A stretch of DNA of 64,000 nucleotides from Camelus ferus (Eukaryota): positions 15,750,001 to 15,814,000 of the forward strand of contig NC_045696.1 of NCBI RefSeq assembly GCF_009834535.1, given 5' to 3'. The position numbers and the translations under genes were made by a program. Shown here in pieces: positions 13,506 to 27,431 of this stretch (positions within the stretch are counted from its first letter, which is position 1; each line of letters opens with the position of its first letter). Under the pieces are notes generated by a model. That model saw only the letters and a program-made list of their open reading frames with translations, ran no database searches and was not told the DNA's origin.

Positions 13506-14499
13506 GCAACAATGGTAATAGCCACAGCACAGCAATGTTTTGTGATGAATGTGCTGCCTGTAATGTGGCCAAAATAACAGGATATGCAACTTTCAGATCC
13601 CAGCAAAATTCCTCCATTAAGAAAACATAATTTTATCACAGTGAAACAATCATACAGGCTGCTGGTGAGCAGCTTGGATTCTATAAGCAGTTTTTCAACT
13701 CCACTGACTTTCCTAACACACAAATTCAGGCAAACCGGCAGAGACATCTCGGCTTCCCAGTGCACCCCAAATCCTAGGGCTTGGGTTTGCTCTAGTCTCC
13801 AGTGGGAGAACTGTTCACTTATGGACCACAGTTGTGGAGTTGCTTACCAGTACCAACAAGTCGGCGTTCCTGTTGAGAGACATTAGAGTTGCTGCACAGT
13901 TCATCACTGTCCGAGAGATGGGTTGGGTGCGATAACATAAAATTGTCCAGGAAGAGCTTTTGAAGATCCTTTGTTTCCTTCATTGATTACCAGACACTAA
14001 GGGCCAACTCCTTAGCTGCTCCAGATACACCTCTGCCCCTCAATCTTTCTAGCAAACAGACTTAAGTGCTTAATAAGATAAAATCCAGTAACACAGAACC
14101 ACAGTGACCTCTGTCCAAAACAACACTACCAGCAGCTGAGAATTTTAAATTAAGTGAAATAGAGACTGATGATTTTATTTCTCGGTTTCCCTGTGCCTTC
14201 ATGATCCAGCCTCCAATGCTGCATTTGTGTGCCCTTATTCCCAAGTCATGCTAACAGCTGCGGCTGCTCCAGCAAAACCATTTTTTGTCCAGATTTAGTC
14301 CATCTTAGGCAAAGTCAAGAGTGATCATTTGTATTTAAAATATATGCATTTAACATATAGATATGCTAATAGATGGTTCAGTCTTTATAAGGTCGTTTAT
14401 ATCCAGTTTATCAGAAACTCAGCTATTTCATAAAACTCTCTACATACGCAATCTTTTTAAACATATGCAAAGGGAAGATATATGAGAAAATCTGATGTG

Positions 14500-14730
14500 A
14501 TGGGCACATGATGAGCTTTGAACTAAAGCAAACTTCTATTCAAGTTGCCAAAAAAAAGAAAAAGAAATAATATTGCCACCTCTGCCACTTACTAACTAAG
14601 CGACCTAAGGCAAGTTAGTAAACCCCTCTGAGCCTTACTTCAGGTAAAGTGGCAATGACAATATACGACTAGTGGATTGTTGTGAGAAATAATATATGTA
14701 AAGTGTCATTGAGAGGGACTCAATGGTTAT
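14500..14730 (+). mobile_element. MIR SINE
   Basis: ctctgccacttactaactaagcgacctaaggcaagttagtaaacccctctgagcctt matches the MIR core. Confidence 0.75.
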
Positions 14731-17249
14731 GTTAATTTCACCTATGCCCCCTTGTTTGCTGTTAATAATGGACGAGACGTATGTGAACTAGATACTAAAT
14801 CAGCAAAACGTTATAGTGTTAGCCTCCTGCCCTAGAAAAGCCTTTGTTGAAAAGGCTCATAAGAGGTTTATTTGAATGTTCTTTCTTCTCGCACATTTTC
14901 TCCTTCGATGGCCACAAATCATCAGTGATCAGGCATCCTCAGTAACAGTAGGTCAAACTGATTTCCAATCAGGGCATTGTTTCTCTCTGAGTACATAAAT
15001 AATGGTACCACCCCAATAGATTGAACTGAATCTTTGATTTTACTTTCATTTTTTTCCCCTCATTTTAAGATCTTTCCAAAGTTGCCTCAACAAATTTCTG
15101 GAAGATCGTGTTTAGCAGGAACGTCTAAAAAGAAACCAAAGGCTTTTCAATGTCAACTTTCTGCTCTAAAAGCAGAAATTTAACTATTAATCAAAATGAG
15201 AGTATTTGGGCATAAAGTATTTCTGTTTCCTCAGGGATATTTGTTTCTTTTTGATCATCAGTTGACCAGATTTCTTCCAGAGTATTTCTGAATTTTTACC
15301 CATTTTAAGTGTTGCTGATTTTTTTCCTCTACCTTTTCTTTATAGAATTGCTAGAATTTATTTCTTAAACTTTCTATATGCTGTTTTTATAAAACTGTTC
15401 ACTCCTTTATTTGAGCTTTTTCTTTTTTTTTTTTTCAAAACAAAAAAAGGTAATAATAATGCCTTAACCTTCATTACCCCTGACTTTGTAGAATATCATA
15501 TTTCTGGAGACCTAACAAGTGAACAGAACTTCTGATCACTGAGCTATTATATTATTTGAACAAAATATTCTCCTGAGACCTATAAAAGATTCCGATACCT
15601 CAAACCTGAATTTAGCTTTGAATTTGGCAGCAGACCTCTTTGTAAAATAGCAGTGTTCTGGAGGAGCTGAGCTTTCTTTGTATATGATTCATCTGGCCAG
15701 ATTCATGCAAACTAAAAGAAATGTACAGAAGCAGCGATCAAACGGGGCATATTCATCCCAACGTGGGCCATTTTTACTTGATGATGAAAACAGATCTATT
15801 CAACAACCAGTAATTGTTATAGGATGAAAAATTCCTAAATTTAGGGAGAATATAAAAAGCTTCTTATTAGATCTTCTTTTCCAGTTGGATTTCTAAACTT
15901 AGAAGTTTATACAACCTTCATTGAGAAAAAAATAAAAGTTATTTGACTTTATTTGGTTATGTAAGTTGGATTATTTTACATAATTAAAATCTGCTGAGTT
16001 TACACAACTTCATGCCTGCAAAAACAAAACAAAATAGAAAGTTACAATATTTTAGAAATCTGGTTAATAATTCCAAATTCTAAGCCCCAGTTTATTGACA
16101 GGACTACTTATTTTGGTAGTATTTTGACCTCTGGAGAAAGGAAATAGGAAAACTGGCTAGATTGCTGATCTGAGACGAGAACTTAGTTTTCTGAACATTA
16201 TACTAGGATACCAAGATGGAATGGGTGTTCATGGAATCCTGAAGTTGGAAACGGAATTTGCTTTTTCATTTAAAACACTTATAAATTACTTTAAGTACAG
16301 CTGGAATTATCATAGTCATCAAATAAATTATAATTAAAAATGGCTGTCACCATCTCAACATGAAAGTAACTTCTGTATTACAATAAGAGGTTTAAAATGT
16401 AACTTTTCAAAACAATTTATCAGTAAATTAAGAACTGCCTATTGGTAACTGTCAGCAACCAAAAAAAAAAAAAAATCCTACAAAGTTAGCAGAGTAAAAT
16501 GGTTTTAAACTATAGGCAATGATTATAGAGGTTCATGGGGGTCAGATAGCCTAGAATGCCTTTTATAAATAAATGGATCTCTTCCAAAAAAAAGAAAGAA
16601 AGAAAGAAAAGCTTCCATTTAACATAGTGGTATAAACTCACTCAAGTAGCCCGCATCTATATTAAAATAACATTTAAAAATTTTTTTTAATTTAAAAGTT
16701 GTTGTAGGGCTCAGAACAACTGAGCACCTGTAGAATTCCCACTTGCTGTACAGGCCCGGCCCCTGGTTTCCAATCATCTGGCCCCGCCTGCTCTCCAGAG
16801 GTGGCCTCCTCATTGCCCGGGGACTGCAGACCACCTCTGGCCAAATTGCAAACTTCTCTGCTATCCAGGGGCTGAACCACGCCTCCAGCAAGTGAAACCT
16901 TCCTAGTCTGTGCTTCTTGGGTACCCTCCCTTAGCTGTAGTATACCATATAGAATTTTTATACATTTAGAGTTATTATTTTATCAAATTTAATAATTCTT
17001 CATATATAAACTTGCCCTGTTTAAAAGTACTGTGTGGTCTCTGTCTCCTGATACAATCTCTGTACTGTTTGGAAAGTGGATGGAGACACGAATTAACTTC
17101 AGACTCACTTACGCTAGTTCTGCATGTTAAACTCACTGAAAGAATAAACATAAAATGTATTATTTCTGAACTAGCTCCAAGAAAATGGTGATAAATTGAA
17201 TCAATTTAACCAATGTAATAGAAGATAAAAAGAAGAGGAAAAATGCTAG

Positions 17250-17480
17250 GGGGAACCATGGTTATAAACACAAACATACATAATAATGAAGTAGAAAGGT
17301 CCAAAATTATCATAATCAATCACAATAAAGGTAAATCAACTAACGCACATATTTAAAGGACAGAGATGTTTAGGTTGGGTTTTGTTTTGTTTTTGTTTTT
17401 GTTTTTTTCATTTAATCCAACTGCTGGATTTTTACAAGAGACAAAATGGCTAAAGAATAAGAATTGCAAATAGACGATAT
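17250..17480 (+). mobile_element. Old L1 fragment (start of ORF2 endonuclease)
   Basis: aatcacaataaaggtaaatcaactaa...ttaaaggacagagatg...aatccaactgctggatttttacaagagaca resembles ITLNVNGLN..IKRQRL..NPTICCLQET. Confidence 0.55.
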
Positions 17481-17749
17481 ACAGATATAAACATTGTTTG
17501 AGCTCTAAGAATCCCCAAACCACAAAATAACCCTCAATATATGAAATGTTCAAATGTAGCAAGTATAGGCAACCACTAACCTCCAAATGGAATACAGATA
17601 TGTGCACATTTATTTGTCTTACTGTCAAATCTGGACCTTAGAACTAAGACAACATCACACAGAGTTTTTGCCAACAATCACTGCTTTTAGAGTCCTGCTA
17701 ACTAAAGCAATGAATGTTGGTAAAAAAAAAAAAAAAAAGTGTGTGTTGG

Positions 17750-18126
17750 TGTCTTAATCAGCTTGAGCATCAATGACAAAGTATCAGAGCCCGGATCACT
17801 TAAACAACAAACATTGTTTCTCACAGTTCTGGAGGTTGGGAAGTTCCAAGATCAAGGTGCTGGCAGATTCAGTTCTTGGTGAGGACTCCCTTCCTGTCTT
17901 GCAGGGGACTATCTTCTGACTATATCCTCACATGAGAGAGAGAGAGGAAACACTAGTGTCTCTTCCTTTTTTTATAGGGACACTAATTCCATCATGGAGA
18001 CCCCACCCTCATGACCTCATCTAAACCTAACTACTTCCCAAAGGCCCTTCCTCTAAATATCATCACATTGGGGGTTAGGGCTTCAACATATGAATTTGAG
18101 GGGAGCATAAGCATTCAGTTCCTAAC
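17750..18126 (-). mobile_element. MaLR solo LTR (MLT1A-like)
   Basis: tctcacagttctggaggttgggaagttccaagatcaaggtgc ... catcacattgggggttagggcttcaacatatgaatttg. Confidence 0.88.
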
Positions 18127-18319
18127 TGTTGACTATTCATTTATTAAATGTAACTATACTAGACTTTTAAAGAGTTTTTCTTTCTTTCTTTTTCTTATTT
18201 AAGATACAGGGTTTTGAATAGTTTTTGTGAAATAACCACTTACAATGAAGTGAAGTTGAGGAGGTGGTAGTACTTTGCATTTGCCATTCAATAATTTGTT
18301 CATTCCCCAAATATTTACT

Positions 18320-18512
18320 AGCTCTTTTTGCAATGGTGGAAATGTTCTGTATCTGCTCTGTCAAATGGGATAACCACATGTGGCCCTTGAGCACTTGAAA
18401 TGTCACCATTGCCACTGAGGGACTGAATTTTAATTGTATTTAATTTTAATTATTTTTAACTAAATTTTAAACAACCACAGGTAGCTGGTAGTTACTGGAT
18501 TGGAGAGCATCA
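18320..18512. mobile_element. MER3-like hAT MITE
   Basis: gcaatggtggaaatgttctgtatctgctctgtc...cacatgtggcccttgagcacttgaaatgt...gactgaattttaatt. Confidence 0.75.
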
Positions 18513-18689
18513 CGCTAGACACTCTGCCAGAAACAGCAGGGAACAATCCATTCAAGATTCCCTGGTTGTTATGAAACATAAAGAACATTAGCATGCATGG
18601 ATAGAGGGAACAGAGGGAGAAGGGTAGAAATATTAAACATGCAAATGAATACACAAAAAACTTATTAAAGGCAGAATGCTGTGATGCGA

Positions 18690-19250
18690 TTGGCAGTTGC
18701 CTTAGAATGAGAGGTCAGCAAGGCTTCTCTGATAAGGTGACATTTGGACTGGAACCTGAAAAGTCAGCCATGCAGTGGTGAAGGAGAAGAGTATTCCAGG
18801 GAGTGGATTCAGACAGAAAAGAATTTGGAGTGGTCCAGGAATAGGAAAACTCCTGGTGTGGCTGGAGCATGGCGACTGAGCCCAGGGGTACTAGGGAACA
18901 AGGAGCAGATGCAGAGTATGTTGACATGGACCCGATCACACAGCACCTGGCAGACCACAGTCAGAAGTTTGGATGTGACTCCTAAGTGAAGTGGGAGTTT
19001 TAAATGAGGGGATGAAATGATTTGATTTGTATTTTATTTTAAAAGGTCATTGGCTGCCATGTGGAAAATTGTGAGGGGCCAAGAGGGAAAGCAGAGACTA
19101 GACTTTGGAGCTATCTCAGGGAAGTAGGAGAGAGAAGGTGGGGGCTTCTCCTCAGATAATGGCATGGGAATAAAGAAGAGGACAGATTCCAAATGTGTGT
19201 TGTAGGTAGAAACAATAGTAATAGGTTGGAGGAAGTTAGAAAAAGAAAAC
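18690..19250 (-). mobile_element. L2 fragment
   Basis: aaggcttctctgataaggtgacatttgg...gtattccagggag...tggctgccatgtggaaaatt, typical L2 antisense. Confidence 0.65.
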
Positions 19251-19352
19251 TTCTAGAGTGCAAGTTTTCTGGACTTCTGAAATAGAGGCAAAAGCAACTG
19301 TATTCATTTATTAATTCAACAAATTACCTTTTTATCAACAGCTTCCTATTTT

Positions 19353-19801
19353 CTTTTTTTTAATTTTTCTTTTGTTTATAAAACTATAATTGATTTACAA
19401 TATTGCATTCCTTTCAGGTGTTCAGCTTCAGATTCTTTCCATTATAAATTATTACAAGATACTGGGTATAATTTCATGTGCTATATAGTAAATCCTTGTT
19501 GTTTATCTATTTTACATATAGTGGTGTGTATCTATTAATCCCATACTCCCAATTTATCCTTTCCCCTGTCCTTTCTTCTCTGGTAACCTGTAAGTTTGTT
19601 TTCTAGGTCTGTGAGTCTGTTTTGTAAATAAGTTGATTTGTATTTTTTTTTAGATTCCACATATATCCATGTTGCTGCAAATGGCAATATTTCATTCTTT
19701 TTTATGGCTGAGTAATATTCCATTGTGTGTACATATACTGCATCCTCTTTATTCATTAATCTGTTGGTGGACATTTAGGTAGCTTCTATATCTTGGCTAA
19801 G
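19353..19801 (-). mobile_element. 5'-truncated L1 3' end with 14-bp TSD
   Basis: Minus-strand [22 protein letters not shown] cagcttcctatttt (19339-19352) / cagtttcctatttt (19802-19815), followed by taa, giving a TTTT/AA endonuclease site. Confidence 0.92.
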
Positions 19802-21769
19802 CAGTTTCCTATTTTTAATCTGTCTTCATCTTATCCACCAAAGTTAGATTTCTAAAATAATCCAGATTATACCTCTCTTTTTTCTTACCCTTTCAATACT
19901 TCCTCATCACCTTATATACATAATGTAGACACTTTGGATGGTCCCAAGCTCTTTGCAGTCTGGCCTCCCCTTCCCAGAATTCCCCTCAGGCAAGCCCCCT
20001 CCAAGCCTGTGTTCCCACTAAACTGAACATCCATACCTTCATTACTGTTGTTCTTTGTGTCCAGAAGAGTCTAGCTTTCCTCCTGTGCCTGGAAAAATTT
20101 ACTCATCTTTCCAGCCCCAACAACCCCTGGCAGAATACAGTATTGATATAAACTAGGGATAACACTGCCCTTAAATTCACTTCCCTAATGGTGTTTTTCA
20201 CAGTATATGATCATTAGCTGTGTCTTCATCTCTGCAGAGGAACTATGAGATTCTCATGGGCAGGAACCTGGTCATTTTCATCTTTTTTCATCATTATATC
20301 CCTCAGTGTATAGTCGATACTCAAAAATGTTGGCTGAGATAAATTAAGGTCTAATCCACTATAAAAATTGTAACAAGTAAAATAAAATATTTTCTCTAGA
20401 AAATCAAGATGTGAAAGCAAAAGGTCCATTTTGATCAAAACACAACTAAATTTTTTGAGGAATCCAATTGTTCATAAATTGAGAGAGTGTTCTCTTGATA
20501 TATCAATAACTTTTTAAAAATACTGTTAGTGTATTTTTCTAAGTCAGTGTTCCTTGAGTTCTTTTTCTGAGGGAGAGTGCCAGCACAGGTGCCTTTGAGA
20601 TTGTGATCAAAACTGTTGGACCATCTAACAGATTCATATCAGTGCACAACTTTGCAAATAATTTTAGAGGTTTCCAGGCCCATTAAATCCCACTCTTCTG
20701 TAAGCTTTTTAAAAATAACATGCAGTAAATATTCTTAATAGTTGGAATAGTGCCTACATTGTCAGTTGTTATTCTACAATTCTCACAGTGTAGGTGTCTA
20801 ATACTGTGGTTGGTTTTAATGTGCTAACAAAGAACGGTGAAATCTTTGTCTTAGATGACATGTAACTTTGACAGAAGACCGCATAGAACAATACAAACAT
20901 CAATGTTCAACTCTTGGTGGATTTTCACTTCAGATAAAATTCATCTGTACCATGACGACAGTTGTACAGTGATGACAGGGTGACTTCAATCCGTAGCCCT
21001 GCAGAGCCTTTCCTGCGGGACAAAACAGCTAACAAGCAGCTCCAAAAAAAAGAAGAAGAAGAAAAAAAAAAATACATTATCTATGCTACCACAGCCTACA
21101 AAAGAAATGTATATAATTTCTTCCTAAACCTGAGCAAATATTTTATTCTGTCTCTTCACATTTTCTTCCTTGAAATATGATGGTCCTGTCTTTGGCTGGG
21201 AGGTGATGTCGCAGATGAGGTATGTGGTGGGTTATACTGGAATGCAGACCATGCATCCTGGATCCGATGAAACGAGAATTTGTGGATCTTTCTCTTTGGA
21301 ATGAGATATGCTCAAGCGTGCAATAAAGGTAGCAGTCTATCAGGGATTCTTTTTTTTTTTTTTTAAGGATGGAAATTTCATTACTTGGTCAAAATTAGAA
21401 CAAATTGAAGGAGGCCATTATTTGTTATTATTGATTGATGTGAATTTGAAAATTCCTTTCAGATAAGTTAATCCTGATGGCTTTTATTGGACATTGTTAG
21501 TGAATTCAGTGCCCTTTCAGTGTACCACCTGTTTACAAAATTTAAGAATTAAGAGAATCCCTGAGTTTATCCCCAGATGAAAACTTTTTGGCAGAGCTGT
21601 ATCTGTAACCGGAGTTCTTTGGTGTATGTAGTATAAAGCAATTTCAGTCTGGGCTAGAGGGCATGACAGGTTAATTTGTGGGCGGAACAAGTTTGCTGAC
21701 TTAACCTTTTAAAAATACCTCTCACCTAGGTTCTTGCTCTCACCTCCTACTTCATCTCCCTACTTCACT

Positions 21770-22526
21770 CCTGGCAGCCTCTTCTCAGCCCAGCAACCAG
21801 AGTGACTCCTTTCAGAAACCCAGAGTTGAATCCTGTCACTCCTCTGCTCAAAACCCTTCAGCAGCTCCCCATTTTCATGCAGAATAAGAGCCAAAGTCCA
21901 AAAGGGGGAGGGTATAGCTCAGTGATAGAGTGTGTGCTTGGCATGCACAAGATCCTGGGTTCAATGCCCATTATCTCCATTGAAGACAAATAAATAGAAA
22001 CCTAATTACCTCCCACCCCAAATTTTAAAAAATTAATTATTTTTTTAAAAGAGAGCCAAAGTCCTTACATTGCTTACAAGCCCCTCCATGACCCAGCCTC
22101 TTAACCTCTGACCTCACCTCCTACCACTTTGTCACTTCTCTGTACATGGACTTCCTTTCTTAAATCTACGAGATGTGCCTTCAGCTCCTGCTCTGGCTGT
22201 GCCATCTGCCTGGAATGCTCTTACCCAGCCATCTTGGCTAATTCCTTCACCATTTTCAAGTCTTTGTACCTCAGTTCACCTGCATCCTTTCCCTTGATCC
22301 TCCTTATCTTGCTGAGTTCCTCTTTTATTCCTTATAGAATTTAATACCTCTGCCAGCATTTATTCTTTAATTATGTATTATGTTTATTGTCTCTCCCCCC
22401 TCCCTCCAGAATGTAGTATCTCCAAGGACAAGTATCTTACTTGATAATTATTCCAAATATCTAAAATAGTACTTGACACACAGTAGGTTCTCAGTAAATA
22501 CTTGTTGAATCAAACGAATGAATGGA
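21770..22526 (+). mobile_element. L2 3' region, interrupted by a SINE
   Basis: gtcactcctctgctcaaaacccttcagcagctcccc...; ends cacagtaggttctcagtaaatacttgttgaatc..gaatgaatgg (L2 tail). Confidence 0.8.
21900..22051 (+). mobile_element. tRNA-derived SINE, vic-1-like (camelid)
   Basis: ggggagggtatagctcagtgatagag (A box) ... cctgggttcaatgccc (B box); AT-rich tail; perfect TSD agagccaaagtcc at 21887-21899 and 22052-22064. Confidence 0.88.
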
Positions 22527-23269
22527 TAGACTGTACAGCTCACGTTTTACATATTAATTCATTCTGAGGGTACAAAAATGAATAAGACATGATCCTGTCC
22601 CAAAATGAAATGACATTACCTCTAACCTTAGGAACTATATTGAAATGTTTGCCATTGATCACAGACAGTCCTGAGTGATAGAGCAGGGATGGCACTACCA
22701 AACCTATTCAACTTCGGGGGAAAAGACATCTGTGGCAAGCATTTCAGGGACACTCCAATAATGTACATTATTGCCAATTTTTTAAACTCAGAGTGATAAC
22801 ACTGTTCCATGGGCCTTTTCCCTTTCTTAGGGTAGTCGATTGGCAAGGAAGTAAATTGAACCATTGGTCTGTGTATCAGAAGGCCAGGGCTTTAGGCAGA
22901 GAGCACTCTGGGAGCCTTGAAAAGAATGGAGCTACAAGGAATAAAGTAGCATAATTTCTTCAGAGACTGAAGCAATAGATACAAGAAGTTAGTGTCCTGA
23001 ACAACAGTGTCAGGGTCTAAGTCTGGGTCTCAGATGGTTGCAGATACATAGGAGCTGATTTCTGCTTTCATGCCCCAGACACTGTCTCAGCATTGCCCTA
23101 CCAAATGCTCAGGGAGTGGTTCCACCCACATCTGAAATCAACCCTTCCTTCTTAAGGACCCGATGTCTTCATCATGGCTGTGTGCAGTGTAGAAGCTGAG
23201 ACACACAGTTCAGGATGTTGTGGGCCTAGACATCAGGGCCATAGTGAGAGAAATGTCCGTATACCTCAG

Positions 23270-23645
23270 GTCACAGTCTGTTCCGGCTGTAGAGCAGAGC
23301 ACCATAGACCAGGTGGCTTAAACAAACAACATTTAATTCTGACATTCTCACAGTTCTGGAAACCAGGAAGTCAAAGGCCAGTCAGCGTGATTGGGCTCTC
23401 GGTCAGGGCTCTTCTCCTGTTTACAGACAGCTGCCTTCTTGCAGCAAAAAGGAGGGTGTGGCAGAGAGAGAGTCAGCTCTCTGGTCTCTTTTTGTAAGGG
23501 CACTAATCCCATCTTGGGGGCTCCACCCTCATGACCATATCTGAACCTTATTACCTACCAAGGGCCCCACCTCCAGATAGCATCACATTGCGATGAGGGC
23601 TTCACCATGTGGATTTTGAGGGAACACAAATATTAGTTCATAGCA
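23270..23645 (-). mobile_element. MaLR solo LTR (MLT1A-like)
   Basis: tggcttaaacaaacaac...tctcacagttctgga...gggcactaatcccatc...catcacattg. Confidence 0.85.
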
Positions 23646-25719
23646 GTCCCCAAGAAATATCAGTATATGCTTATTTAGAAATCTTCTAGGGTCTCTTAAA
23701 TGCTTAATGAAGAATTGTCTGGTCTCCCCCTTCCCAAAACCCTTGACACACCTCTGCCAATGTATCTAATTCCTTATTTGTCTCTCTTTAGACAAAAGAC
23801 TAAAGAGGAAAATATTTTCTATAAACTTAGTTTACCTAATTGATGAATACATTTTCTGCTGCATTTTTCCTCCAGTTGCAAGCCACTTCTGGGAAATAAT
23901 TAGGTTTATCTGACAGCATATTTGAAAGATTAGAAGTAATACCATATTAAAACTGCATATAATAATATGAAAAGTAAAAAATAGATTCTAGAAGGAATAG
24001 GTTCAGATAATCTTAGTATAAGGTGTTCTGTTTCTTCCTGATAATTCACTTTATTGGTAGGTACATTTTTTTAGCCTTGATTATAGTCAGAATTATAATT
24101 GGATAGATTATTCTAGTGAATTCTTAAATCCTGGCTAAACATTTCTTTTGTTATTCCCCAGAATCCCTTCATTACTTACTATCTTATAGAATAATTTTAA
24201 GTTAAGCAAAGAATTTTGAAGCAAATATCCCCTAAAGTACATAACATTTCCTAGAAGCCACTAAGTGGCTTTATGTTTGACCATTGCTATACTTAATATA
24301 CACAGCTACTATTGTCTATTTACAGAGATAATTAAAACTAATTATATTTGGGGAAGTCTCTGTAAACCTATCAAAACTAGGAAATTTATCATCCAGCAGT
24401 CCATTAGTTTGATATTCTGCCATCAAAATTTTTAAGGTGCAATTTTCAGAAGAATGTATTTTGTATTTTTAGTGTTAATAATGGTGAATTTTCTTGTAGT
24501 CGCTGCAAGTGCAAGATTATTTCTTCATATTTTAGTACCCTTTAATAAACACATTAATATTTGTCAAATAAGAAGTCTCTCTTAATATGCTTTTCAAATG
24601 TCCTATGTATAACTTTTGCTCTCTAATCCAAATTGGCTATCAGAGGGCCTCTGTGACCTATTGGAGTGTCACAATGAGGTAAATTATGTAGTAAAAGAAA
24701 TTATGCAGTTATTTAAATAGAACCTCTGGGGAAAATACATGATCGTAAGATGCAAATTAGTATATTCCATTAAAGACTTTGAAAAACAGATTGTATGCCC
24801 ATAGGCTTGTACATGTACTGGGAGTAGAATGCATTTTTAGACTCACAGCCTCACATAGACTTTGCAAGTGATATAAAACAAAGCGCCATGGTCTAGCTTC
24901 AATGCCAGCTTCTTCCATTTCATACTACTGCTTCATTCTAAAGAATTCCAGTGGCCAGAAAGAACTGTATTAGCTGGAAAGAACCAAGTCAGAAATAAGG
25001 GGGTGAAGGAAAGTTCTCTTGGTAGAATTGCCCACATAGAAAAGCCTAAGAAAATAAAACTTTGTTTATACATTATTCTTTAGGATATACATGTATATTT
25101 TTTAACACTTCTTTTGTGTGACTGCCACTATAAGGTACTATGGGGAATAAGATTTGTATAAACTCTTAAGTCTGTAGAGTTTATAGTAGGCACACAAGTA
25201 TTATTTCGGGTCAAATATAGAACCATCTAAATAATATAGAAAAATGCTGTAAGAATGCGGGAAAGAGAGTGCGAGATCATTTCTGAATAAAGAGATGAGA
25301 GTAGGTTTTATTGGGGAGGCAACATTTAACACAGAGGAAACAAGGCCTACAACAGTTGATTGGCAAACAGTAAGAAGCCCAAGAGGAGCGAACAAAATAA
25401 AACAATCCTGGACAGGAAGTGTAAACTAGTCTGTGAAAGGCTTGGATAGCCGGAAATCCAAAGTAACCAGAAACCTAGAGCAACCAGTATGGTCCTAGAT
25501 TACTTGCTGCGCCTGTTGTTACGTGGGACACAGAATCCACGAGCTGTGAGTTCAGTGGGCCAGCATTAAAACAGACAAAAGCCATCTTATTTATTAGGAA
25601 AAAGCTACAGAAGACATGGGGGGAAAGATTAGGATTATCACACTTACCACGTTGAATTGTAAAAAGACTGTCCTTCGTAATTTTTCTGTCTTCATCGTAC
25701 ATTTAATAAACATTTACTT

Positions 25720-25945
25720 GAGAGGCATGACGTAGTGGTGGGGGAACTGGTCTGGGTTCACTTAGACCTGCCATCAAATTTCATCTCCCCTAATTGCTTA
25801 TCATCTTTCTGAGCCACCATTTCTTCATCTGTAAAATGGGGAGAATGCTGCTCCCTTGCAGAGCTCCTGTGCGTATTAAATGAGATATTGTAAGCAAAAG
25901 CTTTCTCACAGGGCCAGGGGTGTGGTTAGTGCTTAAAAGAAGTTA
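25720..25945 (+). mobile_element. MIR SINE
   Basis: ctgagccaccatttcttcatctgtaaaatgggga...attaaatgagata. Confidence 0.8.
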
Positions 25946-27114
25946 GTTCCCTCTCACCCTTTCCAGGCTCTGCTCTGTCCCTTGCTGTGCCTCTTGTCTT
26001 CCCCCAGAGCTAGGGCCACTTATCCTTTTGTATAGGTTTTTCTGCTTCAAAGATCCTAGAATTAAGTCTTAATTTAAGAAGAAGGAATGGAAGTAGCTCC
26101 TATCCAATATTTGGGACTGAAGTTAGTCACCTTCTGGGTAGGAGTTCATCTCTGATCTGGAGTGTTGTTTCTGTCTTTGGCCTTTGACCCAGTCACCTCC
26201 TCAGAACCCCCGTCTTTCTAAGACCGAGCCTCTATCTTCTTGCCAAAAACTCCACAGCCCCCACTTTGCCTCCTTTTCTGTTGGCTCTGCTGCCCTGGAC
26301 TCTGGTCTGGTTAATGGAATCTTGCTCCTTATAATGAATGTCACCCATGTTGAGGGCCTGACTGGTATTTATTCAGTGTATCACCTGCTTCTGGATTGGG
26401 TCCTGGGCTGGTGCCCATCAAAGCTCTCGTTTGTTTTTTATGGAACTGAGCCATCACTCCCCACAGAGCTTTATTAGAGCACTGACTTGGGTCTTTTTCC
26501 ACACCACTGGTATTTCCCTTGGACCCTGTAACTAAGGAAGTATGTGATTGCGTGTATACTCAGCCCTGGCATGGTTCCTGGCACAAGTCCTAGGTCTGCA
26601 AGGATCTGTACCAGGCCTGTCCACATCTGCGTCATTCTTAAAGGTACAAAGATGAGTGCAGCGAGTCTTGTACTTACGGATCAGATGCTAATAGAGTAGG
26701 GGAAACGAGACAAGCGCTTGACGAAGTACAGTGCCAGGCAGGACATGGTAGGTGTGCAGGGAAGGTCAAAACACTGTGTGAGTTCCGAAGCAAGAAATCA
26801 CATTAGTTTGACACATTTCTGAACTGGCACGTTGAAAACGACATTTGAGCTGAGCTTTCAGTGTTAGGTATCAACAGACACATATAGGAGAACATGCAGC
26901 TACAACAGAGAAGCAACAGACACAGACACAGGGTAGTGAGGAAAGAATAAGCACTGGATGTGAAGGCAAGAGAGCATCTGGTCTGGGTCTAGGTTATGGA
27001 AACTCCTGAAATGCCTGACTGGGGAGAAAACACTCAACATGATGAGTGTTAGAGATCAGGGCTGTGGTGTCCAGCCACACGGGCTATAACTCCATGAGGT
27101 CCCATCCTTGCACC

Positions 27115-27431
27115 CTGGGGGCTGACAAACTTTTTTATTTGGCCAGACAGTAAATACTTTAAGCTTTGCAGGCCATGTCGTCTGTGTGGCAGCTACTGAA
27201 CTCTGCCTTTCTCGCTCAAGAGAAGGCACAGACACTATATAAACAAATGAGCCTGGATGTGTTCTGATAAAACTTTATTATGGACACTGAAATTTGAATT
27301 TCACAAAATATTATTCTTTTTTTTTTTTCAACCATTTCAAAGTAAAAAAAAAAAATTTTATTTAATTCTTAGGCTATACAAAAATAGACATCAGGTCAGG
27401 TTTGACCCCTAGGTTACAGTTTGCTGACCTC
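27115..27431. mobile_element. MER58B-like hAT MITE
   Basis: ggggctgacaaact...ccagacagtaaatactttaagctttgcaggcc...aaactttattatggacactgaaatttgaatttca...agtttgctgacc. Confidence 0.8.
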
